Assembly: GCF_000760515.2 (NCBI RefSeq)
Contig: NW_013546589.1
Location: 1 to 50,766, forward strand
Source: Mitosporidium daphniae
Taxonomy: Eukaryota
Direction: 5' to 3'
DNA: 50,766 bases
Below, piece after piece: positions 1 through 14,383 of this stretch. How positions within the stretch are numbered: position 1 is the stretch's first letter; the number at the start of each line of letters is the position of its first letter. A program made the position numbers and the translations under genes. The notes under the pieces are model-generated. The model was given only the letters and a program-made list of their open reading frames with translations, searched no databases and was not told where the DNA came from.

Positions 1-20
1 TTCCAAAAGGAAATACTTAC

Positions 21-370
21 TGGAGGTTCTTAGGTGTTACATTGCCATCTGTTATTCGCTTTGTATTGTCAGCATTAACTTTAAAATTTTTGTAGCCAGT
101 TGGACCTTGTGACGATTCATCGTCAGTTGAATCTTTTAACGATTCATCTAAAATTGGATCTTTTAACGATTCATCGTCAGTTGAATCTTGTAACGATTCA
201 TCGAAAATTGGATTTTCTGGTAATTTTTTTCCTTTTGGAAGTTCATTCTTTGAAAGTTCATTGTTTAAAGACTTATTGTCTGAAGTTTGTTCGTCAGTTT
301 TAACTTGCAATGAAGGGAGAACGAGAAAGGCAACGAATGCTGTGAGAAATAAAAGTCTTCGAGCGTTCAT
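21..370 (-). CDS. Secreted/surface protein with acidic 9-aa repeats; first exon, probably continues beyond the window edge
   Basis: Signal-peptide-like N-terminus MNARRLLFLTAFVAFLVLPSLQ and DESLxDS/P repeats. The apparent stop lies inside a GTAAGT donor at 20-15. Confidence 0.65.
112..212. repeat. 27-bp coding tandem repeat, about 4 units alternating A/B
   Basis: ACGATTCATC recurs at 112, 139, 166 and 193. Confidence 0.9.
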
Positions 371-1094
371 TGAGGTGGACAGATTGGTGAAAAATTTGCC
401 TTCATTTTATAGACTGTTTTGCACCGTAAATTTTGCATCCAATAAGAATATAGTGTTAAATAATTGTCCATTTGAACAATTAAAATCTTGAAATTTAATT
501 ATCAAGCATATATTTCCAAAAAATACCCTGCAATCTCTTATCGAGTGGATATCCTTGTGATTAGGACTTGTGTCTATGGCGAGTCAAGAAGCAGTCTGTC
601 GCAAAACAATTCGTCTTGTAGAATATAATACAAATCTCAGGTTATCTTTCTGTTTATTGCGGTCCGCCATTGGTCAACGATGCCAAATATAGAAAACCGG
701 GCTACATGGCAAAGTTTTTATTAATCCGATAGGCAAAAGACTGCATGTGGGTTCTATTTTACTGGCTTGTTTTTAAATTGCATTGGCGCAAACCAGCTAA
801 TTGGCCATATTCTGGATTTCTTGATTGGGCCGGTAGTTCCATTCAATGCAATTTTATAAGCTTACAGAAAGTCTCTTAGCTTGGCGACACTCATTCAATT
901 AAACTCGAATAAATAATTTTGGATTTGGAGAGGCCTAAAATACATTCCAGCTAAAAAGGGGAGTATTATGGATAGCGCAGCGGTAGCTCGGGCCCCAAGC
1001 TATGGACGGGAAGGACATTTGTTACCGCGGTAAGCTTCCAAACGCACTGAATCGAACTTGATGCCCAAATAACGCCAAGAAATTTATTACACTT

Positions 1095-3736
<2,642 letters not shown>

Positions 3737-3763
3737 GCATTAAAATGAAAACAATTTAGCAAT

Positions 3764-4803
3764 TCAGCCTTTTATTTGGGACTTTTTCCGTGGCACATGG
3801 CAATCCGATTTCAAAAAGAAATCGGTATACCGGATTCGCTGCGTTTCTCCCTCCTTGTATTTTACCTTAATATCATACTTTCCAGACTCAATAATGGTGG
3901 CCGGGTAAAACTCTGTAGTCATGTACTTGTAAGACGGCGCCTCTGCATCGACAATCGTTAAAGGGTCCACCAACAACTCGTCATTAAACAAGGCATATAT
4001 TGACTGGCTGGGAAACGTGCTTTTCGGCTCATATTTTTTCCTCAAGAAATCGATCATATATTCGGGCGGGCATTCGTAGCTAACGGCGGTGTCCGAGATA
4101 TCATTTACAACATAAACGTTTCTTTCCTCGTTAAAGTCAACGACGTTAACGAGAAAAAATCCAAACTTCTCATCTGGCTTGATATACGCAGCTACGGTAC
4201 GGCCGACAAGGTGCTTTTTTGGAGGCGAACATTTCTAACACGTAAATTGACAAAACGATACGTTGTCGTGGTCGGGTGCACTTTGGCGCTCACATGTGGT
4301 GTGTTGAAAATTTTTATCGATTCCGTGCTCTTTTTGCGAGCAGATGCTTATGGAGGCGCTTTGAAAATGTTGCTCCTGATTTTGATCTAGTAAATTGATG
4401 CTTGATGTGCAGATCGTTTGTTGTGGAATGAACGCCCGAATTATTTTTGTTGTTTCCTCGACGAGATCCATTAGTAGCTCCCTTGGAGGCGGGCAATTGT
4501 CGCTTCTGCGATGAAAATGCTACTATTAAACCTTGCTGTCAATTCGTTTTCAAAGTATGCCGAGGCCAATTCAGGTATAACTTTGCGTCCTCTAATGAGC
4601 TTTTCATGGATATATATTACAGAGAGGGGAAAGGCCGTTAGAAATGCCTCGATGGCCTTGTTATTATCGGCCTACAGGAAATATTAATATGCAAGTACAT
4701 GTGGAGGCATGTTTAAAAGCGACATGATCTCTTCAACGAGCCTGGAAAAATTTTCCGTCAAGCACGAGCAGAACTTTTCAATAACGTCATCGTGGCTAGA
4801 CAT
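3764..4803 (-). CDS. SGF29-like tandem Tudor protein, 4 introns
   Basis: Continuous frame after removing four 26-30 nt GT-AG introns. C-terminal GRTVAAY...YVVND and YALF...TTEFYPATII resemble the SGF29 double Tudor. Confidence 0.65.
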
Positions 4804-5126
4804 TCCCATAGGAAGAATTTAAATAAATTTAAAAGCCGCAATTTATTGTAAAGATTCCAGGCAGCAATTGGCAGCAATGTGTGCCGTATGTGCTGAAATA
4901 GACCAGAAAGGACTGATGGGAACAGCATTGCCCAAAGGTATTTTGACAATACAGAATACATAGGAATTAATCCAGGCTTTCCAATCGTGGGTACAGTGAC
5001 GCTTGGAGCAACGATTGAGCAATAAATTGACCAAACACAAATGGGTGTTCCCTCTTGTCCAATGTAGCAAATTGGGGTCAAAATTACAATTTAAACCAAA
5101 TTAACAATTGCGATTTTGTAAAATCA

Positions 5127-6245
5127 ATGGTCAGGGAAAGTGATCCTTCTTTAATATTTTCTCCCATCAAAATACATTCTCATGTGGGAAGTAGCGAGGC
5201 AAGCACGGTTGAGGGGGATATACTTTTTCGTTCTGCAAATTGTTCCTCGGATATGTTGGGGAAAAGGCCGAGCACTCCTACAGAGAGAATTTTGTCTTTG
5301 GACTTTCAAGATAAATGTCTTATGAATGCTGTTGATTATAGACCATTATCGCCATCGGCATCGGCATCGATATCGATATTTCCTTCTCCCCCCTCTCCAA
5401 TCGGCTATAAAGAAACCCGAACTGCATTTATTTCGGCCAAAAAAGTCAATATCGAAGCATTAAACGAAAGTTCTCAACCATCTTGCACACTTGCCAAAAA
5501 GGGGGCGTCAAATGGGACTGAAAAGGCTCAAAATTCACGCGCGACATTACGTCCATACCCAACGCTGAAAAAGCAATCTTCTAGATTATCAGCAGATCGT
5601 GTCTCAGCTAGCAAAGACGATTTGCCTATCAAAGCATTTAAAGCGATTCCTGTACCCAAAGGCATTTACAATGCACCCCCGAGAGGAATTCCTGCAAAGG
5701 TAGTTCGGCCGTCAACGGTTCCAAAGTCTCCCCAATTTTTGTCTCGAAAAAAACCCCTGAATATTAATGAAAGACCTGCCGATACGCAAGCCTGCGCAAC
5801 AGAGGCGGTCTGTTTAAGACCGTCACGCCCTCGTGCAATTGACCATGGTAGCGTGGCGAAAAAAAATACAAAAGAGCCGGCTACATCATGCCGTTCACTT
5901 GAGATGCCTGGCTTCATATTTAAAGCAAAGCCGGCACCAAAGGTTGCCCCGTTTGTACCCAAAAAATCGACAAAGCCCTTAACTGTGGGTATTGCGCCTC
6001 AATTTTTGACCGAACTAAAAAAACATTCGACCCCTACTTTGAGATCCTCGGCCTCTTCAACGTCGAGATCGTCCTTTGAATCATATTCAAAGGCATCGAC
6101 CGAAAGGAAACACTCGGATGTGACCCGGCCAGTTTCAATTAAATTTTTTACCGAGGAGCGGGCTTCGATTAGGCAGAACACAAAGCTATCGATAGAAGAA
6201 GCCCCAGCATCCGCCCAAAGGAAGAAGATCCAAAGAATATGCTAG
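5127..6245 (+). CDS. TPX2-like microtubule-associated protein (C-terminal-type repeats)
   Basis: Basic Ser/Pro-rich ORF with FKAIPVP, STVPKSPQF, FKAKPAP, PLTVGIAPQFLT and TRPVSIKFFTEERA. First ATG is at 5127. Confidence 0.65.
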   Translation: MVRESDPSLIFSPIKIHSHVGSSEASTVEGDILFRSANCSSDMLGKRPSTPTERILSLDFQDKCLMNAVDYRPLSPSASASISIFPSPPSPIGYKETRTAFISAKKVNIEALNESSQPSCTLAKKGASNGTEKAQNSRATLRPYPTLKKQSSRLSADRVSASKDDLPIKAFKAIPVPKGIYNAPPRGIPAKVVRPSTVPKSPQFLSRKKPLNINERPADTQACATEAVCLRPSRPRAIDHGSVAKKNTKEPATSCRSLEMPGFIFKAKPAPKVAPFVPKKSTKPLTVGIAPQFLTELKKHSTPTLRSSASSTSRSSFESYSKASTERKHSDVTRPVSIKFFTEERASIRQNTKLSIEEAPASAQRKKIQRIC

Positions 6246-6313
6246 CCATTTTGTAAATCTGATTTTGTATTTATGAAATTAGTAAGCGGCCCGTGGTGTC
6301 GACATGTACACAC

Positions 6314-7219
6314 TCATATGGAGACCGAAAAAGTATAGTCATATTCGATGGTTGGGATTACTGTAGATATAAATTTTAAAAATAATATCAAGTAGCTAGG
6401 GGTTGCATTAGTGAACAGCACCACTACCTTTCGCTTGGAAACGGAACAGAACTGCCAGCGCCAGCTGTGCCTTTAAGCATCTTGATCATCGAACACATGA
6501 CAGAGGCATGTCTACATGGGTGGATAGATGCTGTTGACAGCGGCAGAAAGGGATGCGACTCAATTGTCACCGTTTTCCTCGCATGCTCAGCAGAAATGTC
6601 CTCGTAAATCTGACTGTGCGACAGTGGCGAGTCGTCCTTTATGTTGGTGGTACGGCAAAGTTACCTCGTCATAGCCGAACAGCCACACCCTTGGGACCTG
6701 ATAAAACTTGTCATAAGTGATTGTGATGTCGTATTTGCGGCACGGTCTTATGTGATCGGCGCCGGTTTCAACATACCGGTCCTACTGGATTAGTGGGCCA
6801 AAAACATACGGGATCGTTGTCAATAATCGCCTCTTCTGAGGAAATGGAAGTAAACTCTGCTTCTGCGGGCTGCTGGTCCTCCTTTGTGTTGGACGACGAC
6901 GCCGAGGCTCTTGAAAGGCACAGGACCCTTTTTGCCATCAAATACTGCTTGTCTGGAGGCAAATAGGAAACGCCATTGACTTTATGGCCTAATGGCCAGG
7001 AGATCGGCAGGGAAGAGGCCTTGTGCGATGGCATCGGCACGCCTTGCCACGACCATGATAGGAACTTTTGGGTCAGATTGTCCCCGGAAGCGATGAACTA
7101 AAAAGATATGCCGCCAATGGTACCTCCTCCGGCGTGATTCGTCCTGTTTCAATAATCGATTCCTTGAGCAATGGGACAAAGATCTCGCCGACTCTGGAAA
7201 TCAGATTTGTATTTAGCAT
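6314..7219 (-). CDS. ATG3: Autophagy E2-like enzyme Atg3, 4 introns
   Basis: Spliced [45 protein letters not shown], catalytic HPCRHA and [17 protein letters not shown]. Confidence 0.96.
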
Positions 7220-7386
7220 TGAGGAAAAAATTAAATCTGCACAATGCTCTGCATTGGTGGCGAGGTTTATCAATTTGACAACTTATCATTGGATGGCTTC
7301 TGAAGGGCGGAAATACAATTTTGTCGATTTGCAATTAAAAGTAAAATATGGCGGGATGCCGTGGAAATAAAATTATTTTTCCATTC

Positions 7387-9737
7387 ATGCTTCAAGAAAA
7401 TAGAACGTCAAATTTCAACGTCTTCCAGCGGCACAACGCAGATAAGGACGCAAAGGGATTGAACGTGCATTGTGGCGGACCCCTATCCTCGTCCTCTGCT
7501 GCGACTCAATTTCCGTTTGCAAGCAGACTGGAGTCGCTGGATTCCAAATACCGCTACCACGAACACAAGTCTGAATTTGACACGCCAAAAATCACATCCA
7601 AAATCCGATCTTTCCAAAGAAACCTGAATGGCTTTACCCCGATTTCGTCAAACACAAAGAACAGCGGATCTGTGCTCATCGGCCAAGATGGCGATTCCAA
7701 CGGCTTTGTTCGAAAGCATCCAGCCGCCTTTGCATCAACTTCAAATCCAGCCGCCTTTGCATCAACTTCGAATCCAGCCGCCTTTGCATCAACTTCAAAT
7801 CCAGCCGCCTTTGCATCAACTTCGAATCCAGCCGCCTTTCCATCAACTTCGAATCCAGCAGCCTTTGCGTCAACTTCGAATCCAGCCGCCTTTGCATCAA
7901 CTTCGAATCCAGCAGCCCAATTTTCATTTTTGAAAAGGCCAGACGACAACCAGGAAAGAGGGTCGTACGCGCAACCGCCCAGCAAGCTTGATATCATTCA
8001 AGGGCTTCGCCCTCAAACGGAGAAACGCGAGGCTGCAATTTCGGAATACGAACGTCGAATTGGCCACAAAATCAATCGAAGAGTTGCACTTACAATCCTG
8101 CCGCTGTTTTGCATTGTTTATGCGGTTTCCGTATTTTTCGACTTGTTTTTTGCAACGCTTTACGAGCGAAAATGTAGGCTGCGTTGCATTTTCTTACACG
8201 ATAGCGCTTTTTTACGTCATTTTTGGGTTGAGTCTGAATTTCCAAAGGTTGCTGAGGTGCTTTGCAATCACATTCCCGCTGTTTGCCTACAAAAAGATAT
8301 TTTACGGCACAGATCTTTCCCACGCTTCAATACAGTTTCCGCTGCTCACAAAATACCTGCTGATGGGTGCGGTCTACGCATTGTCCTCAATGGTGTGTTT
8401 CTTCAGCTTTTTCAGCCGAACGATGACTTATGTTGTGTCTTCAGACCTGCAGTATTTTCCAATTTTAAAGTGTAGTTTCGTTGTCAACTTCAGGCCTGTT
8501 TTTCTATTCGGATACTCCCTGGCGTTTGCCGTGTATAGAACGCTGCTTTTTGTTGCGCGAAGAGAATCCGTACTGATATATCAATGGTACCCCGCCTCAT
8601 TTCGTTGGGTTTCCATCAATCATTGTATTTATTTGATGTGCATATTTAGCCTTCTGTTTGTGCTGTTCCACAAGCTATACGTGGGATTGTTGTTCTTTGT
8701 TCTTCGTATTTTTGTCGAGTAAGTGCAGTGTGCTGACGAGCCTAGTGTCCAAATGATGTCGCTCAGAGCACTCTCCATCTCGGACGTGTTTTTCATGTTT
8801 GTGGTGCTGTTGTATTCGTACATGGTGGAAAATCTTTGGTCCTTTGACTATTTTCTCGTTTTGAAAGAAATGACCTGCGTACGTGCATGTTGGTCGCTTA
8901 TGTGTTTAGAACCCACGCGTCGTTGAGATGATGCCGCGAGGCGTCATCAATGCAATTGGCGGCCTGGAGAGCTCTCATACGCATTTGCGAATGCTCGCCT
9001 ACATAGACATAATTAATGCCTTTGGCCGGTCCGAGGCGCAGAGGACCCATTTGTGGGAAGATATCGACACCACGCCGACGGCCTGGGATTCCATTCGAAA
9101 CGCATGTGCCAAGGTGTTGCGAGAGTGGGTTTCGCTTTTGTCAAAGTCGCAACATCAATTGGTAGCTTTTGAAAAAGGTTCGCAATTTGCTGTGACCGCG
9201 TAGACATCGTTTCCAACCAGGATGATTCGATCTGGCTGAACATCAAGGGCGTGCCCGAGATAGCAATGGTCTGCGAAGCCCTGTTTCGCTCGTCATTGTT
9301 CTACTCCGAATATGAACAGGTGCTTCTTGCCCTTGAGCGTAAGCATGCCCGATGTTTATTCCGTTTTCCATGTAGTGACTCGATTGATCATTCTTTTCTC
9401 CTACGAAGAGGACCGGTATGGACTCATCCAAAGCGATCTGGTAGAAATGGTAAAGCTGTATTTGGACATTGTTTTCGAAATCGAGTCGTTCAACGAATCG
9501 GTCCCTGCAAGACCAAACAAATGGGCAGAGCTTATTCTAGATGCAACTGTTAAATCAAGCGGGTCTTATTACGGGACAATCGACCCCACCAGCAGTGTTC
9601 TGGTTGAATGTGTCAATACGATCCATGAAATGTACCGTGTTTTCGACAAGGATTTGCTTGACCTGGAATTGCCGCTCCGATACAAAAATAAGATCACCTC
9701 GATACTGGCTGCCGAGGATGGCTGTGATCGCGGATAA
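7387..9737 (+). CDS. NDC1: Nucleoporin Ndc1 (multi-TM plus helical C-domain), multi-exon, with repeat-containing N-extension
   Basis: Hydrophobic TM block about 8080-8850; C-terminal SYEEDRYGLIQ matches the Ndc1 S..ED.YG.VQ motif. Not all internal exon borders were resolved. Confidence 0.75.
7717..7917 (+). repeat. 27-bp in-frame tandem repeat, 7 copies plus a partial, encoding NPAAFASTS
   Basis: Near-identical AATCCAGCCGCCTTTGCATCAACTTCR units. Confidence 0.97.
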
Positions 9738-10183
9738 TAAAGCTGTTTGTTTTTAACGAATAAATGTGAATTTGTTGTGCACGCATGCATCCAGTACTTT
9801 GGGCGCATCCGCTTGCACCTGTCGTGTATGTGGGCTAACGAAGGCAACCGTTGCACTATGTAAAGGCGGCTCGTTAAAAACCGACCGTGCCAAACGGGAC
9901 ATCTGCCACGTAGACAATACAGCGAAACCAACAAAAGATGGCAGGGTATTTTTCGTGTTACAATCCAAAGTCGACAAATGTTGTCGAATTCTTGTGTTAC
10001 ATGATGGCGTTGATGCCCAGACTGTCCTTTGGCCCCGTTTTTGCACCGCGATGAATTGGCTCGTTTATTCTCGTGTGGTGCCACTCTTGCAACGGCCAAT
10101 ACGAGTCTAAAAAAGCCATCAGACGAAAACAGGCTATGCTTTGGTTTGCACAAAGATACGTTTGCATTGGCATCCAGCGTGTT

Positions 10184-10944
10184 TTATTTACGATATACTT
10201 TTTTTGGCTTTGGCGACTACAATAACGAACGATAAGCCATACAATTGAAATCAGCAGCCGGTCTCTTAAAAACGAACTTTCCCTTTTAATTCTGTCGATC
10301 TCTTCTTTTAGCTGCGTTCGTTTGATTTCGCCTAAAAAGTTAGAGCGGGTCGAGCGATGTACGGATATCTTCAATCCCCTTAATTGCAGAATGGATATTC
10401 CCTTCAATCGACCGCGCAGTGGAATCGGATTTTTCAATGCTCTCCGATATGAAATTCTATAAAGGATGAGGAAGCGATATTTATGCAAACAGAAGAACGC
10501 TGCAACTCCATCCTCGCCGTGTTGATGATGGCATCAATTTGACACTTTTGCCCTTCAAAGTGCACTTTTGCTTCCGCTAGCTTCGCATCTCTATGAGAAA
10601 GGTATGGATCTGTACATTGATTTTTCCAAATCCTGTAAATGCTCATTGACGGCTTCAATTGTTTGAGCGAGCGCGTCATTGATTTGCTGTTCAATTGCCC
10701 GTTTTTGAAGCGAAGTTCGCCGCAAAAGCTTTTTTTGCATTGACTTGTAAAAAGCCTCGAGCTCGTCATCCAAGTCTGCAGGTTCGCTTGAAGACTTGTC
10801 TATATTCGATTGCGAGGATGGAAGTGTCAGAATGGCAGACGGTTTCGGTTCCCTTTCACACGTTAGTGTGGATATGTTGAGTGGAATGCACTTATTGTGA
10901 CGTGAGGGGGCCCTCCCCTTCTTTGTTCGCACGCCAGACGCCAT
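10184..10944 (-). CDS. Unknown coiled-coil protein, 4 introns
   Basis: Open frame from MASGVRTKKG to SPKPKKVYRK* after removing four 25-34 nt GT-AG introns; helical Q/E/K-rich body. Confidence 0.65.
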
Positions 10945-11161
10945 CTTACAGATAAAATTACGCGAGAATTGATGCAAATATGCTGATCTTTACCGATTGA
11001 TGCGCGGCAGCTTTTTACACCGGTGCATGATTGCATTGTATGGGCAATGCATGCCACAATTAGATGGCAAGCCCGGTCAAATTGAAAACGGGCACCATTG
11101 CACGACAGGCCATTGCATCAAGTCAAGTTTTATTTCAACTTGCATAATTTTGAAAATTTTG

Positions 11162-13642
11162 ATGCCATTTTGGAGGTCGCCACTGAGGACGCATTTGGAT
11201 GCACGGAGATGGATCATCAGATACATGTCAACCAATCAGTCTTCATTCCCAAAAAAGTATCCGCAATATGACGCGCCCGAAAATACGGAAACATATCGGA
11301 GCAGCAACCGCCATCCCAAGCCGCTTCAGAAAGACCCTCTGAAAGAGCCCAGTTTTGCCTTGGGAGACCAAGGGCTTGTGTTTGCAAACAAGAAGGCAGG
11401 ATACCCTACCAATTCACCCGACACCACATATCGATCGGCATCAAAACACTCGCAAAGTACATATAAAATGCCGCTTGGCGAGTTTTCACACAAACAGCCA
11501 TGTGTTGTAGATTCTCCTCAGCCAAAAAAGACGTCGAGGTATCTTTCTTACTGCGATCTACCAAACAGTGCATCTGAAAATTATGCTCCTACTTCTAATA
11601 CGCAAAATACAACCCCATCTTCAACTGCGTCTGATTTATCTCCAAGTGCATCGACCAGCGAAGAACATTGGGCGCCTACAAGCAGCAAAAATAAACTGCA
11701 AACTAAAGAGAAAAACAACCTCGCAATAAAAGAAAAAGAAAAAGGCCCTTTTGACAGCAAGTGTGTTCTTGAGAAGCCTATTGATGGCACACCACATACT
11801 GGGGGCTCAATAGATGGTGAGACTAATCCGATCGACCCGGTCAACGTTAATGCAGAGGTAGGTCTTTTCTTTGATAATCCTGTCAAAGCCACAGGCAACC
11901 ATATAACAGACTTTGGAGAGTTGTTCCGCAGCGTTATTGGGATTGATCCGTTGACATGGGAGGTTTATTGTTTAAAGCTAGAAACCCCAGAGCTGATAGG
12001 ATGCACTGAGCACCTATTCAATGGCCTGTCGAAGAATTCAACCCAAATGCTCGCTTTACAACCTTCACCGTCATTTGTGTCGCCATCATTCTCGCGAAAC
12101 TCAGCACATGATCGATCACCAGACAAAAAAAGAGCCTTCTCAATTGCTAAAGACCAGCTAGTTCCTGCCACAAACCCCATCAAAATGTACTTTGATACAA
12201 AAAAGCCCTACACGGGCATCGATTTCCCCACTGACTTTATAGAGTCCGTTTCACGGTCTGGCCGCGGGATTTTTGGGATCAATTCCCTTGTATATGCATC
12301 CGAAACCCTGTTTCTCGTTCTCAATGATCCACTTTCCGCTATGGTCTTGTTCCAGAAAACCAAAATTCCAGCACTGTCCATTCCTCTTGGGCTTGACGAC
12401 CCGGTTCAGCTTCGATATCTCGCTTCTCTTCTCTCGCAGGCATTTTCCAAAGTAATTTTTATTTGTAATGGCATACCGAGCCAAATGGATTCTCTTCCAT
12501 CGCTAGAGCCAATTCAACTGCATTTTTCTTCGCTTTTACAGCGTTGGAGATGCCACATTATTCCTGCTCACGCTGTGTTTAAAACCGTTGAAAACTCAAC
12601 GCCAATTGCATGCGCAGCATCATCTGCGACTTTAAGCATTGCGTCTGAATCTCGGAGGCTATGGCAGACACTTTCAGTGCTCATGAGAGACGCCAACGGC
12701 ATCAACACACTACTTGCCTTGGCTATCCCTTTGCCCGCGAAAAATGTCGTTGCATCGTCTGACTACCTTGCACAGGTGCGTCAGGAGTTAGCGCTCGGCA
12801 CCCAGGCTCTCTGGGGCACACCATTGCTCTGGTCACTTCCGCCACTCACGGACATTATGAAGGGGCTGCGGCCCGGCGAATTGACCGTGCTTACTGGGCC
12901 CACAGGGTCCGGAAAAACCACCATTCTTTCTCTGTTTTCTATCGACTGGTGCGAGCAGCAGGTGCCAACACTTTGGGGCTCCTTCGAAATTCCCAACCAC
13001 CGTATTCTCAAGAAAATGATGGTCCAACGGCGAGGAAAGCAATTTTCTGCGGATCCTCATCAAGCCATTGTGGAACTCGAGGCCGAAGCGGCATACTTTT
13101 CCAAGCTTCCGCTGCACTTTATGAATTTCTTTGGTTCTGCTGCGCCATTTTCAGACGTATTGGAAACCATGGCTTGGGCGGTTCAGAACCTCTCCATCAA
13201 ACACATTATTCTGGACAACCTACAGTTCATGACCTCGGGTCATGGGGGTTCCGGTAGGACACATGCACAGCCTGTCACTTCCTTCACCAAGTTCGACTAC
13301 CAAGATAGGGTCATTTCCGAGATTCGTCGATTTGCAACCGAAACCAACTGCCATGTCACGCTTGTAATTCATCCCCGCAAGGAGCAGGATAACACTATTC
13401 TTGGCATATGTTCCGTCTCCGGAACTGCAAAGGCAACACAGGAAGCCGACAATGTCTTGATCCTTCAAAAAATAGGGCAAAAGCGCACCATCGACGTGAG
13501 GAAGAACAGGTTCGATGGTGAACTTGGCCGAGTAATATACACATTCGACCCAAATACTCTAAGGGTAAGCATACTTACAATTGACACATAGATCCATGCT
13601 GTCGATGCAGACCATGATGAGGGAGAGTGCACCGAAAACTAA
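11162..13642 (+). CDS. TWNK: Twinkle-type mitochondrial SF4 (T7 gp4-like) DNA helicase
   Basis: GLRPGELTVLTGPTGSGKTT, ILDNLQFM, HPRKE, GTAKATQEADNVLILQ and KNRFDG. Arg-rich presequence from ATG 11162; short terminal intron GTAAGC...ATAG. Confidence 0.92.
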
Positions 13643-13821
13643 TTTATGCGCCATAACTTAACAATAAACAATCAGATCCAGTGCTGCCGTTATCTCTAAT
13701 GTGCAACTGAGCCGGCTCGATAGCTCCCATAAATACGGCAATTGATCGCTTATATCTAATGCTGGGTTTGGTGCTGCTGTTCTTAGAAGTATCTGTTGCT
13801 CCGATAGACGTTTATTGTTGT

Positions 13822-14270
13822 TTAAATACGGCTGGGATAGAGCATCTACGATGAGCAATAAAACCTTACAATACGACAGGAAGCACCAAAAGCTCTTGGT
13901 GGCAGATTTGTGCGAAACTTGGCTTTGACGACGCCAGAGTTTCCATGAGGACGTGTGACCTTTCCCCAGATGACGCGCATGCAGCTCTTCTTTGGCTGAC
14001 CGTCCTTATTTTTGTTGAGCAGTGAGACACTCTTTCCTGCGATTCTGCGTGCAACCTTTGCGCGATACACAAAGGCAATGCGCTTGCCGAGATAGAAATC
14101 GGTGCTCTTCACATCGGTAACGTTGTCGATTGCAAGCAAAGTCTGATTTGGCGATTGGGCGTGCTTTCCTCGTTTGTATCCCAAAATACGGCCCTTGCAA
14201 TAAAGTCTAGCGGAAATGAGAAAACCCGCACATACCTCGGGCTAGCCTTTGTACTGGTGGTGGATGACAT
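13822..14270 (-). CDS. RPL35A: 60S ribosomal protein eL33 (L35a), 2 introns
   Basis: Spliced RLYCKGRILGYKRG...WGKVTRPHGNSGVVKAKF...MLYPSRI*. Confidence 0.97.
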
Positions 14271-14383
14271 TGGTCTGACGATGGATGTTAAATGAAGAAA
14301 AAAAACACCCCACAAAGATCAAGCTTACAAATCGAAACCAGAATTTATGGGGTTAAGTTTAATTTTACCAAAGTTTATTTAAT

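Noticed and set aside
965..1060. tRNA, 5S rRNA or RNase P RNA
   Set aside because: A-box-like and B-box-like motifs are on opposite strands; no cloverleaf or P4 partner; the 5S match is only 9 nt.
7020..7047. Possible GC-AG intron in ATG3
   Set aside because: The frame is open and correct without splicing.
7717..7917. CRISPR-like array
   Set aside because: Contiguous in-frame units with no unique spacers, no cas genes, and a eukaryotic coding context.
9740..10183. ORFs and an rRNA-antisense 10-mer in the NDC1 3' gap
   Set aside because: The ORFs lack ATG starts or motifs, and no box C/D flanks the antisense match.
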